Made by a program: the position numbers and the translations under genes. Shown piece after piece: positions 63,899 through 64,000 of a stretch of DNA of 64,000 nucleotides. The notes under the pieces are model-generated. The model searched no databases, was not told where the DNA came from, and worked only from the letters and a program-made list of their open reading frames with translations. Within the stretch, counting starts at the first letter, position 1. Each line of letters opens with the position of its first letter. This stretch comes from a virus (lineage: Duplodnaviria; Heunggongvirae; Uroviricota; Caudoviricetes). Where the stretch lies: the IMG/VR virus record IMGVR_UViG_3300013132_000019; one strand, 5' to 3'.

Positions 63899-64000
63899 AT
63901 ATACGAAAAAAATTGAACTTACAAATATTAATGATGATTTGATTGGATGTGGTTCATAACGAAATCATTCAACCGACCATTCGCAACCAAATCATCACCC

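Overview
The window is AT-rich (roughly 30% GC) and densely packed with short genes, almost all on the minus strand. It looks like part of a large phage genome. Three observations point to a Bacteroidetes (Flavobacteriia-like) host: (i) a recurring promoter motif that reads CTTGCA-N~20-TATATTTG on the transcribed strand, matching the Bacteroidetes -33/-7 consensus TTTG/TAnnTTTG; (ii) no Shine-Dalgarno sequences, with A-rich leaders instead; (iii) a lipoprotein with an LSSC lipobox. Recognisable genes are listed below by theme.

- **Tandem repeat-protein array.** Nine tandem paralogous small proteins are built from a 21-aa YD/MORN-like repeat (1144-5113).
- **RNA repair and tRNA processing.** A Thg1-like protein, an Rnl2-type RNA ligase, an Rnl1-type RNA ligase with a kinase-like neighbour, several polymerase-beta-type nucleotidyltransferases, several metallophosphoesterases, and two HD hydrolases (one of SpoT type).
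- **Transcription and translation.** A sigma-70-family sigma factor, a bacterial IF3 homologue, and a YqeY/GatB-domain protein.
- **NAD+ salvage module.** PRPP synthetase, a SLOG/DUF2493 protein, a DUF4326 protein, NAMPT, and an NMNAT-Nudix fusion.
- **Other.** Two AAA ATPases, an acyl-CoA thioesterase, a GT2 glycosyltransferase, a small tyrosine recombinase, HNH and GIY-YIG endonucleases, a T5orf172 protein, and a TnpB-only IS element with a presumptive omega-RNA.

There are at least 17 tRNA genes in four clusters, all on the minus strand. Several tRNA-like genes are abnormal:
- one is split by about 560 nt that carry an HNH endonuclease ORF;
- three are 103-130 nt long with internal inserts, and one of these inserts copies the conserved 16S rRNA sequence GACGGGTGAGTAACGCGT;
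- three Leu-anticodon paralogs have a short variable arm;
- there are also truncated tRNA-like minihelices.

Each tRNA cluster is preceded by a conserved cassette: promoter, a leader beginning ATGAAAACT (a 15-32 codon ORF), a GC-rich structured segment, and a terminator in three of four copies. Many genes carry TATATTTG-N4-ATG, which implies leaderless mRNAs.

My best candidate for a novel system is a phage-encoded tRNA maturation and repair toolkit (Thg1-like, Rnl1, Rnl2, kinase-like protein, nucleotidyltransferases, phosphoesterases) coupled to intron- or insert-containing tRNA genes. All protein assignments rest on motif recognition by eye. tRNA boundaries and anticodons were derived by hand and need tRNAscan/Infernal confirmation.
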